NCBI GenBank assembly: GCA_035716045.1
Contig: DASTKI010000057.1
Location: 12,677-76,676 of the forward strand
DNA from: Ktedonobacterales bacterium
Lineage (GTDB): Bacteria > Chloroflexota > Ktedonobacteria > Ktedonobacterales > JADMIN01
Reading direction: 5' to 3'
DNA length: 64,000 nucleotides
The notes below the pieces were generated by a model. That model made no database searches, had not been told where the DNA came from, and was given only the letters and a program-made list of their open reading frames with translations. This document shows, one piece after another, positions 8,789 to 18,116 of this stretch; position 1 is the stretch's first letter; each line of letters starts with the position of its first letter. The position numbers and the translations under genes were made by a program.

Positions 8789-9769
8789 ATGGATGTCAGA
8801 GCGATGTCAGGACCCCTGGCGGAAGAACTGCGCGCGCGCGACGACGCGGGCTACCTGATCGTAGATCATGCGTGGCGCGTACTGGCGGCTGATGATCGTG
8901 GGGCGCTGGCGGCGGAGCATCCCGAGGCGCTGATCGGACGGAACGCGCGCGACGTGCTGGGGCCGGATGTGGTCGCGTCGCTAACGAAGTATGGGGCGGC
9001 GTCGTTTTCGTTTGGCGCGATGGCGTATGTGCTGACAGTCAACACGTTTGCGCTACCGTGGGGTGAGATTCGGGTAGTGCGCGCCCAGGAGGAGCAGGCG
9101 ACGCTGGAGCGGATGCTGTCGCTAATCGTCCATGAGGTGCGCAACCCGCTCTCGGCGATGCGGACACTAGCGCAGGGCCTGGAGGAAGCCCTGCCGCTGA
9201 GCGAGACGGGCCGCGACTATATCGTCCGGCTCACGGACGAGATTGACCGTCTTGGCCGGCTATTGAGCTCGATGTCGCAGGTCGCGCGGCTGCGGACGGA
9301 GCCCATGAGCGTGATCTCACCGGCGGCGCCGCTGGAGCGAGTGGCGGCGATGTTTCAACTCGACGCGGCCCAGCGGGATGTGGCGATCAATACGCATATC
9401 ACTCCGCGGGCAGGGGCGATTCGAGCGGACCCAGACCAGGTCCAGCAGATGCTGGTGAATCTGGTGACCAACGCGCTCCAGGCGATGCCAGGTGGTGGGA
9501 CATTGACGCTGCGAGCGCGACTGGACGCGCGCGGGCGCACCGTGATCCAGGTGGAGGATACGGGCGTGGGGATGTCCACGGAGGCGTTGCGGCGGGCGTC
9601 GCAGCCAGGTCAGAGCACGAAGCTGGGCGGCATGGGGTTGGGTCTGATGGTGGTGCGCGGCATCGTGCGGCAGCATCAGGCGCAGATGCGCATTATGAGC
9701 GCGCCTGGGAGGGGATCGGTGGTCTCGATCACGTTCCCTCTCATCGCGGAGCGGCTTGAGAGCGATTGA
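8789..9769 (+). CDS. Cytoplasmic sensor histidine kinase (PAS-like N-terminus, HisKA, HATPase_c)
   Basis: H-box LSLIVHEVRNPLSAMRTL, N-box LVNLVTNALQAMP, G-boxes VEDTGVGM and GGMGLGLMVVRGIV. No obvious transmembrane segments. The start at 8789 (MDVRAMSG) is approximate. Confidence 0.85.
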   Translation: MDVRAMSGPLAEELRARDDAGYLIVDHAWRVLAADDRGALAAEHPEALIGRNARDVLGPDVVASLTKYGAASFSFGAMAYVLTVNTFALPWGEIRVVRAQEEQATLERMLSLIVHEVRNPLSAMRTLAQGLEEALPLSETGRDYIVRLTDEIDRLGRLLSSMSQVARLRTEPMSVISPAAPLERVAAMFQLDAAQRDVAINTHITPRAGAIRADPDQVQQMLVNLVTNALQAMPGGGTLTLRARLDARGRTVIQVEDTGVGMSTEALRRASQPGQSTKLGGMGLGLMVVRGIVRQHQAQMRIMSAPGRGSVVSITFPLIAERLESD

Positions 9770-9806
9770 CGCGCAGCTGTGAGAAGGCGGCGCCTGGAGG
9801 GGGATA

Positions 9807-11000
9807 ATGGAATCAGTGGAACAGCCTGGAGGGGCTTCCCAACGCGCCTGGCGCGTGCTCGTGGTAGATGACGAAGAGAATCTGAACTGGAGCCTGGTGG
9901 CGTCGCTGCGGCGCGAGAATTACGCCGCCGATGGCGCGCTGACGGCCGAGGAGGCGCGGCGGCGGCTGACAGAGACGCCCTATGATTGCGTCATCAGCGA
10001 CGTCAAGATGCCGGGCATTGATGGCTTTCAACTGCTTAGCTGGCTGCGCGATTGGCGCCCGAGCACGCGGGTGATCATGATGACGGCGTTTGGCTCGCCG
10101 AGCGTGCGCCAGGAAGCCCTACGCAATGGCGTAATCGCGTATCTGGAGAAGCCCTTCGACCTGCGGGCGCTCAAACAGGAGCTACGCCGCACGCTGGAGG
10201 GGCGCGTACAGCAGCCCGCGAGCTATGACCTGATTGATATCACGCAGGCGATCAACGTGGGCCGGCGTGACGTCGCGGCGCAGGTCATGGCGGGCGGGCA
10301 GACGGGCCAGTTGGTGTTCGAGCGCGGTGACCTGGTCTCAGCTGAATATGGCGACCTGCGTGGCGATGAGGCGTTCCAGGCGATGTGCGCCGCCCCAGCG
10401 CAGCGTATCCAGCAGGCGCCGCCGCCCGCGACGCCAGAGCGGAATGTGACGCAGCCCGTTTCCGCGCTGATCTTCGATGCGCTGCTGGCGCGCAACTCGC
10501 GGCCTGCCGGAACAGGCTCGCTGACGGCTCCGCCGGTGGCGTCCCCACAGCCTGTTCCGCAGCCCGTACCACACTCCGCACCGCTGGGGACCACCACGGG
10601 GCAGATGCCGCTGGCCCAGGCGAGCGCGCCCGATGTGCAGCGCGCGCTGGCCGGGCTGGCGGCGACGATCGCCCTGCCATGCGCGGTCGCGCTGCTGACG
10701 CCCACAGGAGTGGTGAAAGCGGTAGCGCAGACGGCCCAGCCACCGATGCCCAATGAGATGTTCGCGTATCTGGCGCAGGCGATGCAGGCGACAGCCCGCG
10801 CGGCGCGAGTGGGCCAGTGGGGCGCCATACGCGAGGCGCGGCTCGCGGCGGGCGAGCGGCAGGCGCTGGTGCGGCTGCTCGGCCAGAGCGTGGATACGCT
10901 GGCGCTGGTGGTGGTATCGCCAGCGCAGATGGACGCGCGCCAACTCGACGCGGCGGTGGCTGCGCATGAGGGCGCGCTGCGCGCATCAGCGACGCTGTAG
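9807..11000 (+). CDS. Response regulator with receiver domain, DUF4388-like domain and a Pro-rich linker
   Basis: REC domain (RVLVVDDEENL...DCVISDVKMPGIDGF...IMMTAFG...YLEKPF). A DUF4388-like block follows (LIDITQAINVGRRDVAAQVMAGGQTGQLVFERGDLVSAEYGDLRGDEAFQAM). A GGAGGG RBS lies upstream of the ATG at 9807. Confidence 0.8.
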   Translation: MESVEQPGGASQRAWRVLVVDDEENLNWSLVASLRRENYAADGALTAEEARRRLTETPYDCVISDVKMPGIDGFQLLSWLRDWRPSTRVIMMTAFGSPSVRQEALRNGVIAYLEKPFDLRALKQELRRTLEGRVQQPASYDLIDITQAINVGRRDVAAQVMAGGQTGQLVFERGDLVSAEYGDLRGDEAFQAMCAAPAQRIQQAPPPATPERNVTQPVSALIFDALLARNSRPAGTGSLTAPPVASPQPVPQPVPHSAPLGTTTGQMPLAQASAPDVQRALAGLAATIALPCAVALLTPTGVVKAVAQTAQPPMPNEMFAYLAQAMQATARAARVGQWGAIREARLAAGERQALVRLLGQSVDTLALVVVSPAQMDARQLDAAVAAHEGALRASATL

Positions 11001-11089
11001 TGGCGCACCGTCGAAACTGTGAATGGCTGATGCCGCGCTTTGCCTCACTGGCGAAATCGCGCTCCGACGTTGCCCTGGCCGTGTGGCAG

Positions 11090-11791
11090 CTAGAAGCCGT
11101 AGGGGCCTAGCTGGAAATGGATGCCGGCGAGGTTGACCCCAAGCTGAACAGCGATGGCGATGACGGAGACGGCGAAGGCCAGCCAGTAGGACCATGTAAA
11201 GATGGCGCCGATGCGCTGCTCAGCCCGCGAGAAGCCAAACGGCTCCTTCTTCACTTTAGGGCCATAGAACAGGTCTTCAATCGAGTACGTGCCACGTGTT
11301 CTCATCCATCGTCGCATGGCGCCCGCGCTATTGGGATGTGTGACCTCGACATCGCCGAGGGTGAGCGGCGGAGCCTCGTCCCCTTTGAGTTCCGTATCGA
11401 CGTCTGGAAAATAACCCGAGCCGCGCAGCCAGTCTTCGAGGGCTTTCAGGTAGCGAATACGCAGGTCGATGAGCTTGCGGCTTTGCTCGCTCAGCCGCAG
11501 CCAGGTGTTGTTGAGCAGATGAGTGATGATGGCGATTGCGAGGAACCCCGGCAGGAAGGTGATAGAGAGATCGCCGCTATTGGTCTGGAAGAACTGGAGG
11601 AAGAGGTAGCCAACGCCAGTGAGGAAGAGGGCGTTGATCGTAACGAATAGCGTGTTGACTGTCTGGCGGCGATCGGTGATCTTAGCGGTATCCTCGGCGA
11701 CCGACCTATATTCATCGAACACGAATGCCGTGCGCTTCTCATCAACAGTCGGTGTTCCGCCTGCCGCTGGCATGCCCATGTGTAAACCCAC
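11090..11791 (-). CDS. Integral membrane protein of unknown function (2 N-proximal TM, soluble loop, C-terminal TM)
   Basis: Hydrophobic spans are TLFVTINALFLTGVGYLFLQFF, ITFLPGFLAIAIITHLL and IGAIFTWSYWLAFAVSVIAIAVQLGV. Codon usage is less GC-biased than in the neighbours. I recognise no catalytic motif. Confidence 0.6.
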   Translation of the reverse strand: MGLHMGMPAAGGTPTVDEKRTAFVFDEYRSVAEDTAKITDRRQTVNTLFVTINALFLTGVGYLFLQFFQTNSGDLSITFLPGFLAIAIITHLLNNTWLRLSEQSRKLIDLRIRYLKALEDWLRGSGYFPDVDTELKGDEAPPLTLGDVEVTHPNSAGAMRRWMRTRGTYSIEDLFYGPKVKKEPFGFSRAEQRIGAIFTWSYWLAFAVSVIAIAVQLGVNLAGIHFQLGPYGF

Positions 11792-11931
11792 CCCCCAAAG
11801 CGCTCAGAACCCACACGCGCTGAAGGCCGCTGGCGCCTCGCCTGGGCGCGCTGGCGACAGCATACACCCGGCGTCCCTGCCTGTCTACTGGCAATTGTGG
11901 ACGCCGGGTGGGAGAGTAGAAGTGAGGGAGC

Positions 11932-13278
11932 TCAGGCGTGGGCCTTGGCGATGCGCGTGATTGCCGCGACGCTGCGGTCCACATCCGCTTCGGTGGTGGC
12001 CCAGTTGGAGACGCTGACCCGCATCGCGGTCTGGCCCTGCCAGACAGTGACGCCGCACCAGCAGGTCCCATCCTCTTGGATGGCGGCGATCACACGGCGG
12101 GTGGCTTCGTCGTCGCCAAACGAGAAGAGCGCCTGATTGAAGACGACGTCGTTGAGCGGCGGGTAGCCCGCCGCGCGCATGCCATCTGCGAAGTGGCGGG
12201 CGCAGCGGCAGGCGCGCTCCACCATCTCGGCGACGCCAGCGCGGCCCAGCGCGCGCAGGGCGGCCCATACCTCGACGCCACGCGCGCGGCGCGAGAGCTC
12301 AGGGGTGAAGTCGGATGGGTCGCGGCGGTCAGAGGGCGGCAGGTAGGCGGCGGTGATCGCCATCGCGGCGCGCAGGATGTCGGGCTGGCGCACGAAGGCG
12401 AGCCCGCAGTCGTAGGGCGTATTGAGGAATTTGTGAGCGTCGGTGGCCCAGGAGTCCGCCGCCTCGGCGCTGCGCATGAGGTGCGACAGTTCGGGTGTGG
12501 CGGTAGCCCAGAGGCCGAACGCGCCGTCTACATGGACCCATGCGCCCGCCTCATGGGCCCATGGGATGATCTGCTCGAAGGGATCGAACGCGCCAGTATT
12601 GACATTGCCAGCCTGGAGAATGACGATCGTGGGGCCGGAGATGACTGGGAGCGCGTCCGCGCGCATGCGTCCCTGGTCATCCACTGGGATACGAACGACG
12701 CGGTTGCGCCCGAAGCCGGCCATGCCGAGCGATTTGAAGACCGTGGGGTGCGCCTCTTCACCGATGATGATCGTGACTGGCGGCGCGCCGAACATGCCAT
12801 CAGCCTCTACATCCCAGCCCGCCCGCTGGAGGACATCATGACGCGCGGCGAGCAGGCAGGTGAAGTTGGCGGTGGTCGCGCCAGTGACGAAGCCCGCGCC
12901 TGTCTCAGGTGGGAGGCCGAGCAGGTCAACCAGCCAGCGCAAGGCGACGGCCTCCAGACGCGCGACGGCTGGCGTCGCCAGCATATACGCCGCGTTCTGG
13001 TCCCAGGCGGTCGCCAGCCAGTTGGCGGCGACGGTCACGGGGAGCGCGCCGCCGATGACGAAGCCGAAGAAGCGCGGGCTGCCCATCGCCATCGTCGCGC
13101 CGGAGTGGCTATCGAGGATGGCGATGGCTTCGCTGGGATCGCTGGGTTGGTCGGGCAGCGGAGCGTCGAGTTCCGCCAGGCGCTCGACGCTCGCTGGATC
13201 GGGCGCGACACGCCGGTCGGGCAGCGACTCGATGTACTGTATGGCGCGCTCCGCCGCGCCGTTGAGCAACTCACGCAT
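11932..13278 (-). CDS. Pyridoxal-dependent (group II) amino-acid decarboxylase family protein
   Basis: PLP-lysine motif SWATDAHKFLNTPYDCG and fold-type I features (HVDGAFG). A GGAGG RBS precedes the ATG at 13278. The 456-aa antisense ORF 11938..13308 is a mirror artefact. Confidence 0.85.
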   Translation of the reverse strand: MRELLNGAAERAIQYIESLPDRRVAPDPASVERLAELDAPLPDQPSDPSEAIAILDSHSGATMAMGSPRFFGFVIGGALPVTVAANWLATAWDQNAAYMLATPAVARLEAVALRWLVDLLGLPPETGAGFVTGATTANFTCLLAARHDVLQRAGWDVEADGMFGAPPVTIIIGEEAHPTVFKSLGMAGFGRNRVVRIPVDDQGRMRADALPVISGPTIVILQAGNVNTGAFDPFEQIIPWAHEAGAWVHVDGAFGLWATATPELSHLMRSAEAADSWATDAHKFLNTPYDCGLAFVRQPDILRAAMAITAAYLPPSDRRDPSDFTPELSRRARGVEVWAALRALGRAGVAEMVERACRCARHFADGMRAAGYPPLNDVVFNQALFSFGDDEATRRVIAAIQEDGTCWCGVTVWQGQTAMRVSVSNWATTEADVDRSVAAITRIAKAHA

Positions 13279-13518
13279 GAGAGGGTAACCTCCACGAACG
13301 CTGGATGAGCGCCAGGCCAGATGGGCGCTCGCTCCGGCCCTGCGAGGGGCGCGCAGTCCCTATAGAAGCACGTCCGCGAGCCAGGCGTCAATCAGCAGCG
13401 TTGGGCGCCGGGGCGCCGCGCCATGCGACGCTTGACGGGAGCGGGAGCGCCGGGATACCATGCGGCGGCGCCTGAGGTAAATGATGTTTGCCCGCGCCGG
13501 AGTCATGTTGCTGAAAAG

Positions 13519-13989
13519 ATGAGGCGCGGAGCGCATATGCCCAATCACAGACCGCCAGATGAGCGAAGACGTGATGGCCGGAGTGATGGCCATCCGAAGC
13601 GGCGCGGTCGCTCAGACGCGCGGGGCGCGCGGGATGCGCGTGGGCCGGCGCCGGTGAGCGACACGCCGTTCACCTGCGGGCGCTGCGGGCGGCGGGTAGG
13701 GCCGCTGCCGAGCGGCGGGCGCAATCGCAACCACTGCCCCTATTGTCTGTACTCACGCCACGTGGACGCCGAGCGATCGGGTGACCGCGCCAGCGCGTGC
13801 AAGGGCATGATGGAGCCTGTCGGGGTGTTCGAGCGGCCCAATGGTGAGGAGGTCATCACCCATCACTGCCTGGTGTGCGGCTTCGAGCGCTTCAACCGTG
13901 TAGGCGCCGACGATGATGAGGCGGTGGTGGCGGCGCTGCCGCGCATCACGCCGCGCTCCGCTCCGCGCGGCATTCCTCACGAAGGATAG
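13519..13989 (+). CDS. RNHCP domain-containing zinc-ribbon protein
   Basis: The literal RNHCPYCLYSRHVD motif is present, with flanking Cys pairs (FTCGRCGRRV, HHCLVCGFERFNR). The start is ambiguous between 13519 and 13537. Confidence 0.75.
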   Translation: MRRGAHMPNHRPPDERRRDGRSDGHPKRRGRSDARGARDARGPAPVSDTPFTCGRCGRRVGPLPSGGRNRNHCPYCLYSRHVDAERSGDRASACKGMMEPVGVFERPNGEEVITHHCLVCGFERFNRVGADDDEAVVAALPRITPRSAPRGIPHEG

Positions 13990-14319
13990 CGGGGCGAGCC
14001 AGCCACGTATCGAACAAGGCCGGACTCTCCAGACGCGATCCGTCCCCCATGATGGCTCTGGCTCGTATCCCATGGAGGCTGCAACCGCGCTCGCGCCGTT
14101 GGTTCGTGCAGTATTTATAGAGCGATTGAAATCTCAAGGCGACTTCCACTTCACCCAGCTGCGATATAGAAAGTATACACTCGCGCATGTCGTGCGTTGA
14201 ATAAAGTGAGCGATATCAGCCACTCGATGATATGAGGGCGCGCTCCTCCGCATACATGGGCTGCTATCCGGCGCGTGTCCGTTATGTGGAACTGCTAGGG
14301 TGATTGTGCGAGGTGGGAT

Positions 14320-15330
14320 GTGAAGAAGCGGGTATTTGTGATCGTTGGCGCTGTGGTGGGCATTGCCGTGCTGGGGCTCGCAGCGCTTGGTATCGCCATG
14401 GCGACGCATGCGCCCTCCGCATCGGCGGCGACGGCCTGCACAGCGACGGGCTATGTTCGTGACGGGAAGAACCTGACGGCCGCGCTCATCAATCCGAGCG
14501 GAACGGTGAGCGGGGATCTGGATGCGACGGGCTGCGATATCGGCGTGTTCTATGGCGCGGGCGCGACGGGGATGGTCAGTGGCGCCGACATCCACAACGC
14601 GAAGTACTTCGGTGTGGTGAATGATGGCGGCGCGGTGACGGTCGAGAACTCTCGTATTCACGAGATTGGCGAGTCGCCATTCAACGGCGCCCAGCACGGC
14701 GTGGCCGTCTATTGGGTATTTGGCAGCGCGGCGACGGGCAAAATCGTCAACAACACGATCTGGAACTACCAGAAGGGCGGTATCGCCGTCAATGGCGTCG
14801 GTTCTTCCGCTACCATCAGCGGTAACACAGTAACCGGCCTTGGCCCGGTCAGTTTCATCGCGCAGAACGGCATCCAGGTCGGCTTCGGCGCGACTGGGAC
14901 CGTGATGGGCAATACGGTGTCGGACAATTCGTATACCGGAACCAGCACACAATCTGGCGGCATCCTCGTAGCGGGTGGCGATTGCTACGGCGGCCCGTAT
15001 ACGACGGATACAGAGATCGTGGGCAATACCGTGATCAACAACGACGTTGGCATCTGGATGTCAAACATTCAAGGCGATTGCGTATCGGCTCCCACGACGG
15101 CGACCAACATCAAGGTCGCCAACAACACGATCAGCAACGATGCGGTCAACAACGGGTATGTCTACCAGGCTGGCATCTCGGATCAAGGCTACAACGACAA
15201 GATCGTTCATAACACCATCTCTGGCGCGGGATATGGCCCCGAGATTACCGCGACGGTATATCTCATACCGATTGACGCGAGCGGCAGCTTCACCAACAAG
15301 GTGAAAGTGCACGCCAACGCGGTCAGCTAG
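14320..15330 (+). CDS. Secreted or anchored right-handed parallel beta-helix repeat protein
   Basis: GTG start with a GAGGTGGG RBS and a signal/anchor sequence (MKKRVFVIVGAVVGIAVLGLAALGIAMA). Periodic NNTI/GNTV/NNTIS beta-helix turns are present (IVNNTIWN, ISGNTVTG, VMGNTVSDN, IVGNTVINN, VANNTISN, IVHNTISG). Confidence 0.8.
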   Translation: MKKRVFVIVGAVVGIAVLGLAALGIAMATHAPSASAATACTATGYVRDGKNLTAALINPSGTVSGDLDATGCDIGVFYGAGATGMVSGADIHNAKYFGVVNDGGAVTVENSRIHEIGESPFNGAQHGVAVYWVFGSAATGKIVNNTIWNYQKGGIAVNGVGSSATISGNTVTGLGPVSFIAQNGIQVGFGATGTVMGNTVSDNSYTGTSTQSGGILVAGGDCYGGPYTTDTEIVGNTVINNDVGIWMSNIQGDCVSAPTTATNIKVANNTISNDAVNNGYVYQAGISDQGYNDKIVHNTISGAGYGPEITATVYLIPIDASGSFTNKVKVHANAVS

Positions 15331-15352
15331 CTGGCGCGCCAAGCGCGTATCT

Positions 15353-15384
15353 GAAGGGGAGCGGGCGCTTGCTCGCTCCCCTTC
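15353..15384 (+). terminator. Stem-loop (11-bp stem) downstream of the beta-helix protein gene
   Basis: gaaggggagcg (15353-15363) pairs with cgctccccttc (15374-15384) around a 10-nt loop, 23 nt after the stop. No U-tract follows, so intrinsic termination is only suggested. Confidence 0.55.
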
Positions 15385-15500
15385 GCCATGTCCGCGGAGC
15401 GGGCGGCGACGAGTGGCGCGATGTCTGATACAATAGGTGATGGCCTGTCTGGCCGGGTCGGAGGTGTGACACGGCTGGCCCCTTCACGAGGAGCGAAGCG

Positions 15501-16421
15501 GTGACGGAAGCGTCAGGCGTGCGGGCGCCGTTTATGGAGGCGCTGCGCCGCCGTTGGGAGGCAACGGGCTCGCTGGTATGCGTGGGGCTGGACCCCGAAC
15601 TGGAGCGCATCCCCGCCAGCGCGGACGTGACGCGCATAAGCATGCAAGCGGTCGCAGGGCCGGCTCATGGACCGGATACGGTCATCGAGCGCAAGTTGAT
15701 CGCCTTCACGCAGGCCGTCGTGCGTGCGACGGCGGACCTGGTGTGCGCCTACAAGCCCAACAGCGCGTTCTACGAGCAGTATGGCGTCGCTGGGATACGC
15801 GCGCTAAAGTGGCTGATCAGCTACATCCATGCCCGTCACCCCGACATTCCCGTCATCCTGGACGCCAAGCGCGGCGACATCGGCAGCACGAGCGCGGCCT
15901 ATGCGCGCTACGCCTACGACTATCTGGACGCCGACGCGGCGACGCTGCATCCGTATCTGGGGCGCGACGCGCTAGAGCCGTTCCTGGCGCGGGCGGAGCG
16001 TGGCGCGCTCATCCTCTGCCGCACGTCGAATCCCGGCGGCGGCGAGTTCCAGGACCTGCGGACGGCGAGCGATGGTGGGGAGGCTGAGCCGCTGTACCAA
16101 CGAGTGGCGCGCTCGGTGGCGATGGAGTGGAACGGGCGTGGCAACTGCGCGCTGGTTGTCGGGGCGACGTATCCCGGCGAACTGGGCGTCGTGCGCGGCA
16201 TTGTCGGTGATATGCCGATTCTCGTGCCGGGAGTCGGCGCGCAGGGGGGCGATCTCGAGGGCGTGGTCAAACTGGGGCGCGACTCGCGCGGGCAGGGGCT
16301 GATCATCAGCCTGTCGCGGAGCGTGCTCTACGCCTCCAGCGGGTCGGACTTCGCCGAGGCGGGCCGGCGCGAGGTAGAGCGCGTGGCGGCGGCGATCGAG
16401 CAGGCGCGTGGAGGGTCGTGA
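15501..16421 (+). CDS. pyrF: Orotidine-5'-phosphate decarboxylase (type 2)
   Basis: VCVGLDPE, AYKPNSAFYE and ILDAKRGDIGSTS motifs. GTG start preceded by AGGAG. Confidence 0.9.
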   Translation: MTEASGVRAPFMEALRRRWEATGSLVCVGLDPELERIPASADVTRISMQAVAGPAHGPDTVIERKLIAFTQAVVRATADLVCAYKPNSAFYEQYGVAGIRALKWLISYIHARHPDIPVILDAKRGDIGSTSAAYARYAYDYLDADAATLHPYLGRDALEPFLARAERGALILCRTSNPGGGEFQDLRTASDGGEAEPLYQRVARSVAMEWNGRGNCALVVGATYPGELGVVRGIVGDMPILVPGVGAQGGDLEGVVKLGRDSRGQGLIISLSRSVLYASSGSDFAEAGRREVERVAAAIEQARGGS

Positions 16422-16526
16422 AGGGGCGCGGCCCTGAAGTGCCGGCGCGCGATGGGCTGAGCATAAATGCCCCGCTGTGGTGTGCAGCGATGCGATGCGC
16501 ATGCTACTGATGAAGGGAAGAGAACG

Positions 16527-17183
16527 GTGGTGTCCGGGGAATCAGCCAGCGGGGGGCTTACGCCCGCGCAGCGCGCCTTCGCGGATGGCCTGCTGACGAG
16601 CGGGGCGGTGAAGTTTGGCGCCTTCCGCCTGAAGCTGCATGAGACCAAGCCCGACGCGCCGCTCTCGCCGATGTATGTGGACCTGCGCGTTCTGCGCTCG
16701 TTCCCCGATGCGCTGGACGCGGCGGTGGCGGCGCTGCGCGAGCTGATTGAGGCGCGCGGGCTACGGTTCGACCGCTATGCGGACGTGCCGATGGCGGCGA
16801 CGCCGATGGTCGCCGTGCTCTCGCACCTGACGCGCGTGCCGATGATTACGCCGCGCGAGAGCAAGACCCATGGCGCGGGCGGGAACATCAATGGCGCGTT
16901 CGCGCCCGGCGAGACGGCGCTGGTGATTGATGATGTGGTGACGCACGCCGACAGTAAGCTCGAAGCGATCCGCACGCTGGAGGCGAACGGGCTGGTCGTG
17001 CGCGATGTGGTGGTGCTGGTGGACCGTGAGCAGGGCGGCCCGGAGGCGATCGCCGCCGCGGGCTATACGCTGCATGCCGCTGTCACGATCAGCCAACTGC
17101 TCGACTACTGGCATGCGACAGGCGGCATTGACCAGGAGGCTTACGACCGCGTGAAGGCGTATTTCGCGGAGACGCGAGGGTAA
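16527..17183 (+). CDS. pyrE: Orotate phosphoribosyltransferase
   Basis: SGAVKFGAFRLKLHE and the PRPP-binding loop ALVIDDVVTHADSK. I prefer the GTG at 16527, behind the GAAGGGAAGAG RBS, over the track ATG at 16467. The start is uncertain. Confidence 0.85.
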   Translation: MVSGESASGGLTPAQRAFADGLLTSGAVKFGAFRLKLHETKPDAPLSPMYVDLRVLRSFPDALDAAVAALRELIEARGLRFDRYADVPMAATPMVAVLSHLTRVPMITPRESKTHGAGGNINGAFAPGETALVIDDVVTHADSKLEAIRTLEANGLVVRDVVVLVDREQGGPEAIAAAGYTLHAAVTISQLLDYWHATGGIDQEAYDRVKAYFAETRG

Positions 17184-17255
17184 TATCAGGGCGCTCTCCG
17201 ATGCTCGATGCGCGCAGTGGATGAGCGCCTCTAACATGAGCTGCGGAGTCATGGG

Positions 17256-18116
17256 ATGACGACTGAGCCAGGCGACGACGAGCTTGAAGTCAGCGATCTG
17301 CGCCCGGCGAGCAAGCGTGAGCGCGGCGCTGGCCCGCGCGGTGTTCGGCGCATGCTTCGCCAGCGGATGTGGCGCTGGACGCCGGCGCTGAGCCTCGCGC
17401 TCCTCGTCGCGCTCGCCGTGAGCGCGCTGCCGCGAGCGGGAGTTTTGGTGCGGGCGCTCCAGACGTTTGGCCAGGCGCCGGCGCCGGGCGCGGTATCCAG
17501 CATCCAGGTTGATTCCCCGCCGGGTCAAGTTATCGTGGCGCAGACAACCGTCCTGCGCACGCTGCCCGCGCCCACGCTTGGCCAGGCTCCCGCCAGGTGT
17601 GCCGCCGCTGCATCTGTATTGACACACGTTGGGCCGCCGAGCTTGGGAGCGGCGGTGGGGCAAGCGCCTGTATGGCTTGCGGGGACGAGCGGCGCCTACC
17701 CAACGATGCGACTGGGGCCGGCCGCTACCACGCGCGCCTACAGCTGGAATGCGCCGTATACTCAGTTTGGCTGGCCCGCGCCGATCGGCCTGGTCCTCAA
17801 ACCAGATTTCAACGCGCCAGTGCTGCTCAGCGGTTGGGATGTCCACAGTGATCGTCAATCGGTGGTGAGCTTCGGCTTCGTCGTAGCGGGCGATTGGGGC
17901 GCTCCGAACTATGTGTCGCCATCCTATCAGTTCTATCCGAGCAACCCAGACCTCCCGGCTGGCGGCGCCGACAGCACTGGCGTGTTCTGGTATGGCTACG
18001 CCTTCTTCCCACATGCGGGCTGCTACCAGCTCATAGCCTCCTGGCCGGAATCCTCCGGGCCTGGGTCCATCTGGCCAGCCGGGAGTTGGCAGGCGATTGT
18101 GAGCGTAGGGCGATGA
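17256..18116 (+). CDS. Hypothetical membrane-anchored or secreted protein embedded in the pyr operon
   Basis: N-terminal charged region, then a single TM ([18 protein letters not shown]) and an Ala/Pro/Gly/Trp-rich ectodomain. Its stop TGA (18114-18116) overlaps the pyrD ATG (18113), giving an ATGA junction. Confidence 0.55.
   Translation: MTTEPGDDELEVSDLRPASKRERGAGPRGVRRMLRQRMWRWTPALSLALLVALAVSALPRAGVLVRALQTFGQAPAPGAVSSIQVDSPPGQVIVAQTTVLRTLPAPTLGQAPARCAAAASVLTHVGPPSLGAAVGQAPVWLAGTSGAYPTMRLGPAATTRAYSWNAPYTQFGWPAPIGLVLKPDFNAPVLLSGWDVHSDRQSVVSFGFVVAGDWGAPNYVSPSYQFYPSNPDLPAGGADSTGVFWYGYAFFPHAGCYQLIASWPESSGPGSIWPAGSWQAIVSVGR

Noticed and set aside
11938-13308. 456-aa plus-strand ORF fully overlapping the PLP decarboxylase gene
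   Set aside because: It is an Arg/Gly/Ala/Asp-rich low-complexity translation typical of the antisense frame of GC-rich genes. The minus strand carries clear decarboxylase motifs (DAHK) and an RBS.
16761-18014. 417-aa minus-strand ORF spanning pyrE and gene X
   Set aside because: It crosses two well-supported plus-strand genes and an intergenic gap. It has extreme Arg/His content and no motifs.
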